Assembly: GCA_965209055.1 (NCBI GenBank)
Contig: OZ242374.1
Span: 1,024,001-1,088,000 of the forward strand
Source of the DNA: Acidobacteriota bacterium
GTDB lineage: Bacteria > Acidobacteriota > UBA6911 > RPQK01 > JAJDTT01
Direction of reading: 5' to 3'
Length of the DNA: 64,000 nt
Part shown: positions 47,711 through 56,707 of the stretch, in pieces
Position numbering within the stretch: position 1 is the first letter of the stretch
Layout of the letters: every line of letters begins with the position of its first letter
Program-made: the position numbers and the translations under genes
The notes under the pieces: generated by a model
Database searches by the model: none
Told to the model about the DNA's origin: nothing
What the model saw: only the letters and a program-made list of their open reading frames with translations

Positions 47711-48730
47711 CTACTTGCCGTAGAGCAGGTAGCAGCTCCGGCAGGCCTGCGGGTAGTCTCCGCTGACGAAGCCGCCGCGAAAACTCCGGAACGAGGGGTC
47801 GTTCCAGACCTCCATGAAAGTCTGCTTGCGAATGTCGCCGTAGAAGAGGGAGGAGGGAGGTTCGAGCCGTCCCTCGAAATACCGGCTCACGTGGTGCCCG
47901 AAATGGCAACAGGGGGCCATTCTGCCCTCGTAGGAGAAATAGACCGACTCGAGAGGCGTGGCCAGGCAGTGGCGCGGAGTCATCCGGGAAGTCATGGGGA
48001 ACTCGGAATGGAGCGCGACCTCGATGCCCGACCCCCGAGCCCGCTCCAGGAGCCGGGAGATGCGGCTTTCCAGGTCTTCCAGAGAGCCGGAGCCGGCGGA
48101 ACCCGGTTCCAGGCGATACTTCAGGAAGCTCTGTTCCCAGTCCCAGGAATTGGAGACCACGTTCAACTGCTTCAAATGGAGCACGCGGGCCCCGCACGAC
48201 TCCATCCAGGGAAGCACCAGGTCCAGTTCGCGGGCATTCTGCTCCTGAACGGTGAAGGCGATCCCCAGCAGCAGGGAACTGCCCGTCTCTCTCACCAGCC
48301 GGGCGAACTCCGTCACCTTCTTCGTGACCGTCTCGAAGGAGGCCCCCAGGCGGATGCTGTCGTAGGTCGCTTCCGTCATGCCGTCCACCGAGACGGTGAG
48401 CCGGTCCATCCCCGCCTCGATCAGGGCCGACGAATTCCGCCGGTTCAGGATGGTCCCGTTGGTGGTCATGCTGGTGACGCATCCCTGCTCCTTGGCCATG
48501 CGCACCATCCGGTAGATCTCCCGGTGCAGCATGGGTTCTCCCCAGCCGGTGAAATCCACCGTATGGGCGTAGACCATGTCCCGGCGAATTCTGAGATAGG
48601 TGTCCATGGACATGTCCAGATGGGGATCCTCACTGGAGAAACGGGGACACATCTCGCATTCCAGGTTGCAGCGGAAGGTCGGCTCCAGGTTGAAGGAGAC
48701 GAATCGGCTGGATGGGTTGGGACCGTTCAT
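47711..48730 (-). CDS. Radical SAM protein with SPASM/twitch-type C-terminal Cys motif
   Basis: CNLECEMC, GWGEP, TTNG, SVDG; C...PCC...YGDI...VWN...CRSC. Confidence 0.9.
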   Translation of the reverse strand: MNGPNPSSRFVSFNLEPTFRCNLECEMCPRFSSEDPHLDMSMDTYLRIRRDMVYAHTVDFTGWGEPMLHREIYRMVRMAKEQGCVTSMTTNGTILNRRNSSALIEAGMDRLTVSVDGMTEATYDSIRLGASFETVTKKVTEFARLVRETGSSLLLGIAFTVQEQNARELDLVLPWMESCGARVLHLKQLNVVSNSWDWEQSFLKYRLEPGSAGSGSLEDLESRISRLLERARGSGIEVALHSEFPMTSRMTPRHCLATPLESVYFSYEGRMAPCCHFGHHVSRYFEGRLEPPSSLFYGDIRKQTFMEVWNDPSFRSFRGGFVSGDYPQACRSCYLLYGK

Positions 48731-48769
48731 GACTCGGCGCCCCCTGACCGATGGGGAGCGAATTCCGTC

Positions 48770-49132
48770 TTAAAATAACAGAGAGACGGTGTTGGACGTC
48801 TTGCCCTTGCCGTTCTGGTTGAATCCCCGAACCCGGTACGAGAAGGCTCCGGTGACGTACTTGCCGATCTCGTCCCTGTACCGGGACGAGTTGGCGCCCA
48901 CGATCCCGACGACCCGAAACTCGGACCCGCTGTCGGAGCGGAGAATTTCGAACCCCAATTCATTGTCGGAACGGTCTTTCCAGGTCAGCTCGGTGGTGGC
49001 CATGGCGCCCTTGAAGCGCTTGACGCCCTTGAGATCGGTCGGCGCTTCGGGGGGCTCGCCCGGCGCTGCCAGGGCCGCACCCGGAGCGATCCAGAACAGA
49101 AGCCACGAGACCAATACCGCTCTACGCCTCAT
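48770..49132 (-). CDS. Small secreted fibronectin type III-like protein
   Basis: Signal peptide; PEAPTDL...LTWKDRSDNELGFEILRS...YRD...YRVRGFN...SNTV. Confidence 0.8.
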   Translation of the reverse strand: MRRRAVLVSWLLFWIAPGAALAAPGEPPEAPTDLKGVKRFKGAMATTELTWKDRSDNELGFEILRSDSGSEFRVVGIVGANSSRYRDEIGKYVTGAFSYRVRGFNQNGKGKTSNTVSLLF

Positions 49133-49247
49133 CGTTACGTCTCCCTTGTTCTCAGGTGTGATTCCAGTCTACTACGGAAGAGAAGTCTTGGCTTTACAGG
49201 CAGGCTTCCGCTCGGCTATTTTGCACTGAGCCGATCGGAATTGATCG

Positions 49248-49823
49248 ATGCAGACCCCTCCCGTCTACTACCCCGTATTCCTGGATCTTCGAGGCCGTTC
49301 CTGCCTGGTGATCGGAGACGGGGAGTTGGCCGAAGAGAAGGCGAGGAGCCTGGAGGAAGCTGGAGCCCGGGTTCTGCGTTCCCGCACCTTCGATCCGGAG
49401 GTCAGCGACGTTTTCCTGATCGTGGCCGCCACCTCCGATACCGGTCTCGGCCGCCGGATCAAGGAGTTCGCCGACCGGAAGGGAATCCTGGTCAACGTGG
49501 TCGACCAGACACCCAACTGCGGTTTCATCGTCCCGGCCATCGCCCGGCGCGGAGACCTGGTTCTGGCCATTTCGACATCCGGCAGGAGCCCGGCCCTGGC
49601 GCGCAAGATCCGGAAACAGCTCGAGGCGCAGTTCGGACCCGAGTACGCGGACCTGGTCCAGGCGCTGGGAGAGGTTCGGCCGCTGGTCAAAAAGCGCCTG
49701 AATTCCTTTCGGGAGCGGAGTGAGTACTATAATCGGATGGTGAGAGATCCGGACCTTCTGGAAATCGCCCGGCGCCGCGGTGTGGCGGCGGTCCGGTCCC
49801 GGCTGGAGGAAAACCTGCAATGA
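49248..49823 (+). CDS. Precorrin-2 dehydrogenase / sirohydrochlorin ferrochelatase (CysG N-terminal type)
   Basis: YPVFLDL, VIGDG, VNVVD, FIVPA, ISTSGRSPALA. Confidence 0.88.
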   Translation: MQTPPVYYPVFLDLRGRSCLVIGDGELAEEKARSLEEAGARVLRSRTFDPEVSDVFLIVAATSDTGLGRRIKEFADRKGILVNVVDQTPNCGFIVPAIARRGDLVLAISTSGRSPALARKIRKQLEAQFGPEYADLVQALGEVRPLVKKRLNSFRERSEYYNRMVRDPDLLEIARRRGVAAVRSRLEENLQ

Positions 49824-50626
49824 AGATTCTCCGGCCACGAACCGGACGCGTCGTCCTGGTGGGCGCCGGTCCCGGCGATCCGGAACTGCTGACGGTCAAG
49901 GCGGTTCGTTGCCTGAGCCGGGCCGACGTGGTCATCTACGACCGGCTCGTCGATTCCCAGGTCCTGGAACTGATTCCCGAATCCGCCGAGGCCATTCCGG
50001 TGGGAAAGAAGGGGGGGCACTACGGCTTTCCCCAGGAGAAGATCCATGAGCTGATGGTGTCCCGGGCACGCGCCGGCAAGGAGGTGGTCCGCCTCCAGGG
50101 AGGAGACCCTCTCATCTTCGGGCGGGGCGGGGAAGAGATGGACTACCTGTCGGCTCACGGCGTCCCCTTCGAGATCGTCCCCGGGGTCAGCGCCGCTTTC
50201 GGAGTCCCCACGGCCGCCGGAATTCCCCTGACTCACCGGGAGCTCTCCTCCTCCGTGCTGGTCCTGAGCGGTCATCGCGCTTCGGGGTCGGACCTGGACC
50301 GGTCCTGGACCCTCGCCGCCCGGGCCGACACCGTCGTTTTCCTCATGCCCCTAGGCAACCTCAAGCAGATCATCTCCCAGTTGGTGCTTCATGGACGGCC
50401 GCTGGACACGCCGGCCGCCGTCATCGGATCGGGCACCCTGGAGCGGCAGCAGGAGGCCAACGGGACCCTGAGAAACATCGTCGGGCGGACCCGGACCGCG
50501 GACATTCGCTCGCCCGCTCTTCTGGTGGTCGGAGAGGTGGTTCGTTTCCAGGCCTTGAAGCGAAGTTCGGCGGAGAGCCCGCCCCGGGTCGAGACCGAAC
50601 TGGCGGCCACCGGCAAGAAGCCCTGA
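49820..50626 (+). CDS. cobA: Uroporphyrinogen-III C-methyltransferase
   Basis: VGAGPGDPELLT, YDRLV, RLQGGDP.IFGRGGEE, PLTHR. Confidence 0.93.
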   Translation: MKILRPRTGRVVLVGAGPGDPELLTVKAVRCLSRADVVIYDRLVDSQVLELIPESAEAIPVGKKGGHYGFPQEKIHELMVSRARAGKEVVRLQGGDPLIFGRGGEEMDYLSAHGVPFEIVPGVSAAFGVPTAAGIPLTHRELSSSVLVLSGHRASGSDLDRSWTLAARADTVVFLMPLGNLKQIISQLVLHGRPLDTPAAVIGSGTLERQQEANGTLRNIVGRTRTADIRSPALLVVGEVVRFQALKRSSAESPPRVETELAATGKKP

Positions 50627-50784
50627 CAGCCCGTGGCAAAAGTCGTCACGGCATTCGACCGTCCCTGCATCCCGGCGGACTGCGTTGCGATTCGGGCACA
50701 TACTCCTGGTATGCACCCGAATCGCGCCTTGTCCGGCGGGCGCAGGAACGGTCTCGGTGCTCGCGAGACTTTCGCCACGGACTG
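50627..50784. mobile_element. MITE-like element, copy 1
   Basis: TIRs CAGCCCGTGGCAAAAGTC / GACTTTCGCCACGGACTG, flanked by CTGA/TTGA, starting at the cobA stop; near-identical to 56535-56693. Confidence 0.8.
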
Positions 50785-50808
50785 TTGACGCAGACGCCGG
50801 CCGCCCGG

Positions 50809-51105
50809 CTACTGGACCCGGTCCGTCACCGGGTCCATGTCCTCCATGATGATCGATTCCCGGGCGGCGAAATCCTGCAACTGGGTCCTGAGCTTCTCGT
50901 TGAGCAGAACCATGGATCGGATGCTCTGGTAGTTCAAGGGCTCCTTCTTCCCGTCATCGTTCACGACGAACGGGGGATTCGCCTGCACCAGAAAGGCGAT
51001 GAGCTGAATCAGGAAGTTGCACTCTCCGGCCGACAGGCGCCAACTGTAGTCGCGATTCAGAAACTCTTGAATCCGGCGTTGCTGTTCGATTTTGGTCTGG
51101 TCCAT
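50809..51105 (-). CDS. Hypothetical protein
   Basis: 98 aa ORF with protein-like composition, directly downstream of 51127-51744. Confidence 0.6.
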   Translation of the reverse strand: MDQTKIEQQRRIQEFLNRDYSWRLSAGECNFLIQLIAFLVQANPPFVVNDDGKKEPLNYQSIRSMVLLNEKLRTQLQDFAARESIIMEDMDPVTDRVQ

Positions 51106-51126
51106 AGGGGGCTCTTTCCGCCGCTT

Positions 51127-51744
51127 CTACCGCTCTCGGTAGGACTCGGCGTAGATGCGTCTCAAAGGGGCGAGACAGTAAGTTTCCAGCAGGTCCTTCA
51201 GGAGTTCTTCACGGCCCATGAGCCGATCCTCATGGCGTGAATTGAGGACGAATGTCAGGCGAATGATGTCGGCCTTGTCCTTGCGGATGTCCAGCGATAC
51301 CGAGTGGGACATTCTGGGATCGAAGTGGAGCAGATCGCTGAAGCTGAAGTGATCGAACTCCGGGTCGGTCCACGGCTTCTCATGGCGGCATTCCCAGTAG
51401 TAGTCCCGGAGCCGTCCGGTAAATTGATCATAGTCGAACCCGGCGGACTTGTTGTTGACGCTGGCCTCCACGCAGAGCCGCGTATCCTTCCTCAGCGCAC
51501 CCAGGCCGTAGGTGACTTCCAGTTCCCGCCTGCGGGAGAACTTGATGCGATGGTTGCCGCGGCGGTGGAATCGCTTGACTTCGGGCTCGACTCCCACTTC
51601 CCGGCTGTCCTCCTGGGTGACGTAGCTTCCCTTGGCCCGCTCGTACCATTCGTCCACGATCCCGCGCGCGATCCGGTCGAGCAGACGAAGCTGAAGATCC
51701 CTGGAACTCATGGCAGGCGGTATTCTCACAAAATTGTCGGCCAA
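51127..51744 (-). CDS. Hypothetical protein
   Basis: About 200 aa charged ORF; start may be Met at 51711. Confidence 0.65.
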   Translation of the reverse strand: MADNFVRIPPAMSSRDLQLRLLDRIARGIVDEWYERAKGSYVTQEDSREVGVEPEVKRFHRRGNHRIKFSRRRELEVTYGLGALRKDTRLCVEASVNNKSAGFDYDQFTGRLRDYYWECRHEKPWTDPEFDHFSFSDLLHFDPRMSHSVSLDIRKDKADIIRLTFVLNSRHEDRLMGREELLKDLLETYCLAPLRRIYAESYRER

Positions 51745-51770
51745 TTGTAAATTGTTGTAAATTGGAGCGG

Positions 51771-52655
51771 ATGCGTCCTATCCGTGCCCTTCTCTGGATC
51801 GGCCTCTGGATGCTGTGCGCCTTTCAGCAGACCCCGATTCGAGTCGAGGTCGAAGCCGTCAACGTCCTGGTCACCGTGACCGACCGGAAGAACCGGTTCG
51901 TCACCAATCTCCAGAAGGACCGGTTCCACATTTATGAAGACGGCCGGCGCCAGTTCATCACCAATTTCAGGCATGAGACCTCCCTGCCGTTGAGAATCGG
52001 ACTGCTCGTCGACACCAGTTCCAGCGTCCGCTTGAAGTTGGAGTTCGAGAAGCGGGCCGCGACCCGGTTCGTCCATTCCATCCTGCGGCCTCAGGACCAG
52101 GTTCTCCTGGTGGAGTTCGACTCGGGTGTCTCTCTGCTGCACGACTTCACCTCGAACCCCAGGTCCATCGCCAAGGCCATCCGGGGCCTGAAGGCGGGAG
52201 GAGGAACGGCCCTGATGGACGCCTTGTTGAGCGTCTCCGCCGAGAAGATGACGGACTACGAAACGCGGCAGGCCATCGTGATCCTCTCCGACGGCGTCGA
52301 TCGCGACAGTGAGAATACGCTGGAGGACGTCATGCGGGGTATCCATCGCTCCGGTGTCACCGTCTACAGCATCGGCACCAGCCGTTTCGGGGCGGATCAG
52401 CAGAAAAAGGGGGAAAAGGTCCTCCGGTTGCTTTCCCGCGAAACGGGCGGACGAGCCTTCTTTCCCTACACCGCCGACGGACTGCAGCAGACCTTCGACC
52501 TCATCGACGAAGAGCTCAGATCCCAGTACAGCCTGACCTACGTCCCCAGAAACCGGGCTCGAGACGGCAAGTTCAGGGAGATCGAGGTCAAGCTGATGCG
52601 GAACAAGGGTCTGAACATCAGGCACCGCAACGGCTACTACGCCCCCGCCACGTAG
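51771..52655 (+). CDS. Secreted VWA-domain protein (Acidobacterial VWFA type)
   Basis: Signal peptide, IRVEVEAVNVLVTVTD, MIDAS DTSSS, TALMDA, ILSDG, ETGG, LRSQY. Confidence 0.88.
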   Translation: MRPIRALLWIGLWMLCAFQQTPIRVEVEAVNVLVTVTDRKNRFVTNLQKDRFHIYEDGRRQFITNFRHETSLPLRIGLLVDTSSSVRLKLEFEKRAATRFVHSILRPQDQVLLVEFDSGVSLLHDFTSNPRSIAKAIRGLKAGGGTALMDALLSVSAEKMTDYETRQAIVILSDGVDRDSENTLEDVMRGIHRSGVTVYSIGTSRFGADQQKKGEKVLRLLSRETGGRAFFPYTADGLQQTFDLIDEELRSQYSLTYVPRNRARDGKFREIEVKLMRNKGLNIRHRNGYYAPAT

Positions 52656-52738
52656 GAGGAGCGGCGGTTTCCCAACCGCCGATTCCTGAGTCGCCGGGAA
52701 ACGCGAGCAGTAGCGGGTGATCAGGAAATCGCCGTTCC
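52652..52738. repeat. GTAG-headed REP-like doublet
   Basis: GTAGGAGGAGCGGCGGTTTCCCAACCGCCG plus degenerate inverted partner GGGTGATCAGGAAATCGCC between convergent genes. Confidence 0.65.
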
Positions 52739-52930
52739 AAACCGCCGGAACTCCAGCCTGATCTGTTTCTTCAGGAGTTCGACGGCTTCGTCCCGGTCGG
52801 TGCCCAAGGCGGAGAATGGGCGTATCCGCACGTAGGGACCCAAATCCGCGACCCGGGCCGACGCCAGAACCAGCGGGCCCAGTTCCTGGGTCGAGACGGC
52901 GAAACGCATTCCCTTGTGCTCCCATTCCAT
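52721..52930 (-). CDS. Small hypothetical protein (69 aa)
   Basis: MEWEHKGMRFAVST...; GGAGG upstream; follows the thioesterase gene. Confidence 0.5.
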   Translation of the reverse strand: MEWEHKGMRFAVSTQELGPLVLASARVADLGPYVRIRPFSALGTDRDEAVELLKKQIRLEFRRFGTAIS

Positions 52931-52940
52931 GGTGGACACG

Positions 52941-53417
52941 TCAGCCTCCGGGGCGGTTGCCGGCACACAGTCTCCGGACCCGGTCCGGAACCCGCATCTT
53001 GGACTCGGCAACGTAGTCCCACGACACGCAAACGGTTTTCCCCCGGGCGACCTTCCGCCCGGTTTCGCGTTCGGTCATTTCGTATTGGAAGTCGAAGCTG
53101 GTATTGCCGACTCGGGGAATCCAGACCTGGACCAGAAGAATCTCTCCCCAGTGAGCCGGCGAGAGAAACCGGCAGGAGGCTTCCACCGCGATCATCTGCA
53201 GGTCATGAATCTGCCGGGCGTCCAGAAAGTGGCGGAAAAAGGCCACGCGAGCCGCTTCCATGAAGGTGAAATAGCGAACGTTGTTGACGTGCCCCATGGC
53301 GTCCAGGTCGTGAAACTCCACTTCCATGGGGATCACCAGAGCCTTGCTGCCGCCGATGGAGGTTTCGGTCGGGTCGGACGCGGAGCCGGCTCTGACCGCG
53401 TGAGTCATCACTGTCAT
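52941..53417 (-). CDS. Acyl-CoA thioesterase (YbgC/FadM hotdog family)
   Basis: DLDAMGHVNNVRYFTFMEAAR. Confidence 0.88.
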   Translation of the reverse strand: MTVMTHAVRAGSASDPTETSIGGSKALVIPMEVEFHDLDAMGHVNNVRYFTFMEAARVAFFRHFLDARQIHDLQMIAVEASCRFLSPAHWGEILLVQVWIPRVGNTSFDFQYEMTERETGRKVARGKTVCVSWDYVAESKMRVPDRVRRLCAGNRPGG

Positions 53418-53434
53418 TTTAGCGGGAATTCCGC

Positions 53435-53992
53435 TCAGGAGGCGCCCACGCCGGCGGCCGCGGGCTCCGGGTCCGCCGCCACTTCCAGCACCAGGGCCAG
53501 GCGGTTGATCATGTTGAAGAACCCGATCAGGGTGATCATCTCTACCACCTGGTCCGAGGTGTAGTGGTTGTCCAACTGCATCCAGAACTCCTCCTGGACG
53601 TCGTCCGGACTCAGGCTGGTCAGTTCAGCCAGACGGATGGCTTCTTTTTCGTAGTAAACGAACAGTTCGCTTTCGGCCGCCTGGTCGATGGCGTCCACCT
53701 GCTCGCCGGTCCAACCCGCCTCCCGCGCCCGTTTCAGGGCGGGACCCGCCGTATAGGCGCATCTGTTCACCTGGCAGGTCCTGAGGATGACCAGCGAACG
53801 GATCTTCTCACTCAGGCCGGTCTCACCCATGACGGTGCCGTACAGGGCCGCCACCGACTCCACGAAGTTGTCGCTGTGGGCCCAAGTCTTGATGAAGTTG
53901 GGCACGAAACCCTGTTCATTCTCCAGCGCCGAGTAGAGATTCCGAACCTTGTCATTTGCCGCATCCGGCTGCACCGGCAAATACCTGGGCAT
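53435..53992 (-). CDS. AhpD/carboxymuconolactone decarboxylase-family protein
   Basis: VPNF, NRCAY, QVVEMITLIGFFNMINR. Confidence 0.82.
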   Translation of the reverse strand: MPRYLPVQPDAANDKVRNLYSALENEQGFVPNFIKTWAHSDNFVESVAALYGTVMGETGLSEKIRSLVILRTCQVNRCAYTAGPALKRAREAGWTGEQVDAIDQAAESELFVYYEKEAIRLAELTSLSPDDVQEEFWMQLDNHYTSDQVVEMITLIGFFNMINRLALVLEVAADPEPAAAGVGAS

Positions 53993-54031
53993 TTTGCCTG
54001 ACTCCTTTCTGACTGATTCTTACGGTCCGAC

Positions 54032-54940
54032 TCAATTGTACGCCTGTCGGGCTTTTTCGGTGTTCGTCCGGAGTTGGGCGAACTGGCGGTCGGCCAGATA
54101 GCTGGACCGGACCAGGGGGCCGCTCTCCACGTGGTCGAACCCCAGGCGCATTCCCGTCTCCCCCCAATGGCGGAACTCATCCGGGTGGTAGTATCGATCC
54201 ACCGGAAGGTGCCAGTTCGTGGGTCTCAGATACTGCCCCAGCGTCAGGATGCTGACCCGCCGCTCCACCAGGTCCTCCATGACCTGCAAAACCTCGGCCT
54301 CCCGCTCTCCCAAGCCCAGCATCATGCCCGTCTTGGTCACCGTGTCCGGCGAGATCCGCCGGGAGTTGCTCAGGAGATCCAGGGATCGTTGGTAGTCGCC
54401 GCCGCCCCGGGCGACGGGAAACAGCCGGGGCACCGTCTCGATGTTGTGGTTCAGGATGTCGGGACCCGCGTCCAGCACCGTCCTCAGCGCCGCGTCGTCG
54501 CCCTGGAAATCGGGGATCAGAACCTCGACCACACACCGGCGGTGCAGCTCTCGAATGGCCTGGATCGTCTCGGCGAAGATGAAGGCGCCGCCGTCCGCCA
54601 GGTCGTCCCGGTCCACGGAGGTGACCACGACATGCTTCAGTCCCATCTGCCGCACTGCCTCGGCCACCCGCCGGGGCTCCTCCCGGTCCAACACCGGGGG
54701 ACGGCCCTTGCTGACGGCGCAGTAGCGGCAACCTCGAGTGCAGACCCGCCCCAGGATCATGAACGTGGCCACGCCATGGGCCCAGCATTCACCCAGATTG
54801 GGGCACATGGCCTCCTGGCAGACGGTGTTGAGACCCAGGCCTCCCAGAAGCCCTTTCAGTTCGTGGACGCCTTCGCCGAACGGAGCGCGGACCTTGATCC
54901 AGGGTGGATGGCGCCGCCGCTTTCCCTTTCCCGCCGCCAT
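54032..54940 (-). CDS. lipA: Lipoyl synthase
   Basis: CQEAMCPNLGEC, CTRGCRYC, TSVDRDDL, HNIETV, VRSSY. Confidence 0.97.
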   Translation of the reverse strand: MAAGKGKRRRHPPWIKVRAPFGEGVHELKGLLGGLGLNTVCQEAMCPNLGECWAHGVATFMILGRVCTRGCRYCAVSKGRPPVLDREEPRRVAEAVRQMGLKHVVVTSVDRDDLADGGAFIFAETIQAIRELHRRCVVEVLIPDFQGDDAALRTVLDAGPDILNHNIETVPRLFPVARGGGDYQRSLDLLSNSRRISPDTVTKTGMMLGLGEREAEVLQVMEDLVERRVSILTLGQYLRPTNWHLPVDRYYHPDEFRHWGETGMRLGFDHVESGPLVRSSYLADRQFAQLRTNTEKARQAYN

Positions 54941-55087
54941 GGCGCATTACCTTAACAGTCCGTGGTGAAAGTCGCCAAGACAATGCGCGTGTCGTGGGCG
55001 GAGGTTTTTCCCTTTTCTCTTTTCTCCCTTCTCAACGTATACTGTGGCGGTTTGGCGGACGGGACCGGAAACCGGATCGAGTGACTC

Positions 55088-55450
55088 ATGACTGGCACGG
55101 AGGGCTACCTCGGCTTTCTTCTGCTCCTCGTTTTTGCCGGCGCCACGGCCGGTGGGATGGTTCTCATCACCCAGTGGTTGGGACCGAAGGGCGGAGGCCC
55201 GGTCCACGAGATGCCGTTCGAGTGCGGCAATGAACCTGCCGAAATTCGCCGGGGCCGGATTTCCGTGAAATTCTTCCTGGCGGCGCTGCTTTTCGTCCTC
55301 TTCGACGTGGAGCTGATTTTTCTGTTCCCGTGGGCCGTCGTCTACCGGGAGCTCGGTTGGTTCGGGTTCTTCGAGATGCTGATTTTTCTGCTGGTCGTCC
55401 TGTCCGGGCTCTATTACTCGGTCAAGAGGGGAGCGCTGGATTGGAAGTAG
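55088..55450 (+). CDS. nuoA: NADH-quinone oxidoreductase subunit A
   Basis: PFECG, FVLFDVE, LFPWA, GALDW. Confidence 0.95.
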   Translation: MTGTEGYLGFLLLLVFAGATAGGMVLITQWLGPKGGGPVHEMPFECGNEPAEIRRGRISVKFFLAALLFVLFDVELIFLFPWAVVYRELGWFGFFEMLIFLLVVLSGLYYSVKRGALDWK

Positions 55451-55920
55451 ACTTCAAGGGCACCCCCGAGCTGGGTTTCTTCACCAGCCGCCTCGACGAC
55501 GTCGTGGGGTGGGCGAGGCAGTACTCGATTTTTCAATACCCCTTCGTGACCGCCTGTTGCGGCATGGAGTACATGGCCACCGCCTGCGCCCACTACGACG
55601 TGGACCGCTTCGGCGCCGGACTCCCCCGTTTTTCCCCGCGCCAGGCCGACGTCCTCTTCGTCGTCGGGACCATCAGCCAGAAGATCGCTCCGGTGCTGGT
55701 CAACGTCTACCAGCAGATGTGCGCCCCCAAGTGGGTCGTGGCCTTCGGGGTCTGCACCTGCACGGGTGGTTTCTACGACAACTACGCTACGGTTCGCGGA
55801 ATCGATCACGTGATTCCGGTGGACGTCTACATCCCCGGATGTCCTCCCCGGCCGGAGACCGTGCTGCAGGGGTTGATGATGCTGCAGGAGAAGATCCGGA
55901 AGCAGAGACAGGAGGTCTAA
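55441..55920 (+). CDS. nuoB: NADH-quinone oxidoreductase subunit B
   Basis: TACCGME, SPRQAD, GVCTCTGG, VDVYIPGCPPRPE; start approximate (TTG 55441). Confidence 0.95.
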   Translation: MEVDFKGTPELGFFTSRLDDVVGWARQYSIFQYPFVTACCGMEYMATACAHYDVDRFGAGLPRFSPRQADVLFVVGTISQKIAPVLVNVYQQMCAPKWVVAFGVCTCTGGFYDNYATVRGIDHVIPVDVYIPGCPPRPETVLQGLMMLQEKIRKQRQEV

Positions 55921-56054
55921 GGGAGGGAAGAGAAAGCCGGGGCGCCCCGCAGGCGCGCCCCCGTTTCGCGGTTTTTCCGGGCTGATCATTTGCGGCGTAT
56001 CCGCGCGCCACGGGCGCCTCGATCCCATTTAGCCGAAGGACGTTCGTCATTCCG

Positions 56055-56534
56055 ATGCAGAGCACATCCCTGACCCGCCTCCAGGAAAACTTTCCGGACG
56101 AGATCGTGGGGACCCACTCCAGGCTGGGAGAGGATACGGCGATTCTGAAACCGGAGGCGCTGCTTCGGGCCGCGCGTTTCCTGAAGGAGGAACCCGGGCT
56201 CCGGTTCGACTTCCTGATGGACCTCACGGCCGTCGACTACTGGAAGCGGAAGCCCCGCTTCGAGTTGGTCTACCACCTTTATTCCCGGTCGACGAACGCC
56301 CGGCTGCGGTTGAAGGCGCCGCTGGGCGGCGCTTCGCCCGAGGCTCCCTCTTTGGCGGCCGTCTGGCCGGCCGCCGACTGGTACGAGAGGGAGGTGTTCG
56401 ACATGTTCGGGATCCGGTTCCGGGGACACCCGGACTTGCGCCGCATCCTGATGTACAAGGAATTCCGGGGGCATCCCCTGCGGAAAGACTATCCCATCGA
56501 CAAGCGGCAGCCCCTGGTGGGCCCCCAGGATTGA
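56055..56534 (+). CDS. nuoC: NADH-quinone oxidoreductase subunit C
   Basis: DLTAVDY, RFELVYHL, WYEREVFDMFG, GHPLRKDYP. Confidence 0.95.
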   Translation: MQSTSLTRLQENFPDEIVGTHSRLGEDTAILKPEALLRAARFLKEEPGLRFDFLMDLTAVDYWKRKPRFELVYHLYSRSTNARLRLKAPLGGASPEAPSLAAVWPAADWYEREVFDMFGIRFRGHPDLRRILMYKEFRGHPLRKDYPIDKRQPLVGPQD

Positions 56535-56693
56535 CAGCCCGTGGTAAAAGTCGTCACGGCATTCGACCGTCCCTGCACAGGCGCTGACTGTGTTGCGCCT
56601 CGGTCACATCTGGTCGAATATGCTCCCTCGTCGCGCCCTGTCCGGCGGGCGCAGGAACGGTCTCGGTGCTCGCGGGACTTTCACCACGGACTG
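56535..56693. mobile_element. MITE-like element, copy 2, between nuoC and nuoD
   Basis: TIRs CAGCCCGTGGTAAAAGTC / GACTTTCACCACGGACTG with TTGA on both sides (4-bp duplication containing the nuoC stop). Confidence 0.82.
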
Positions 56694-56707
56694 TTGAAAC
56701 CGGCGCC

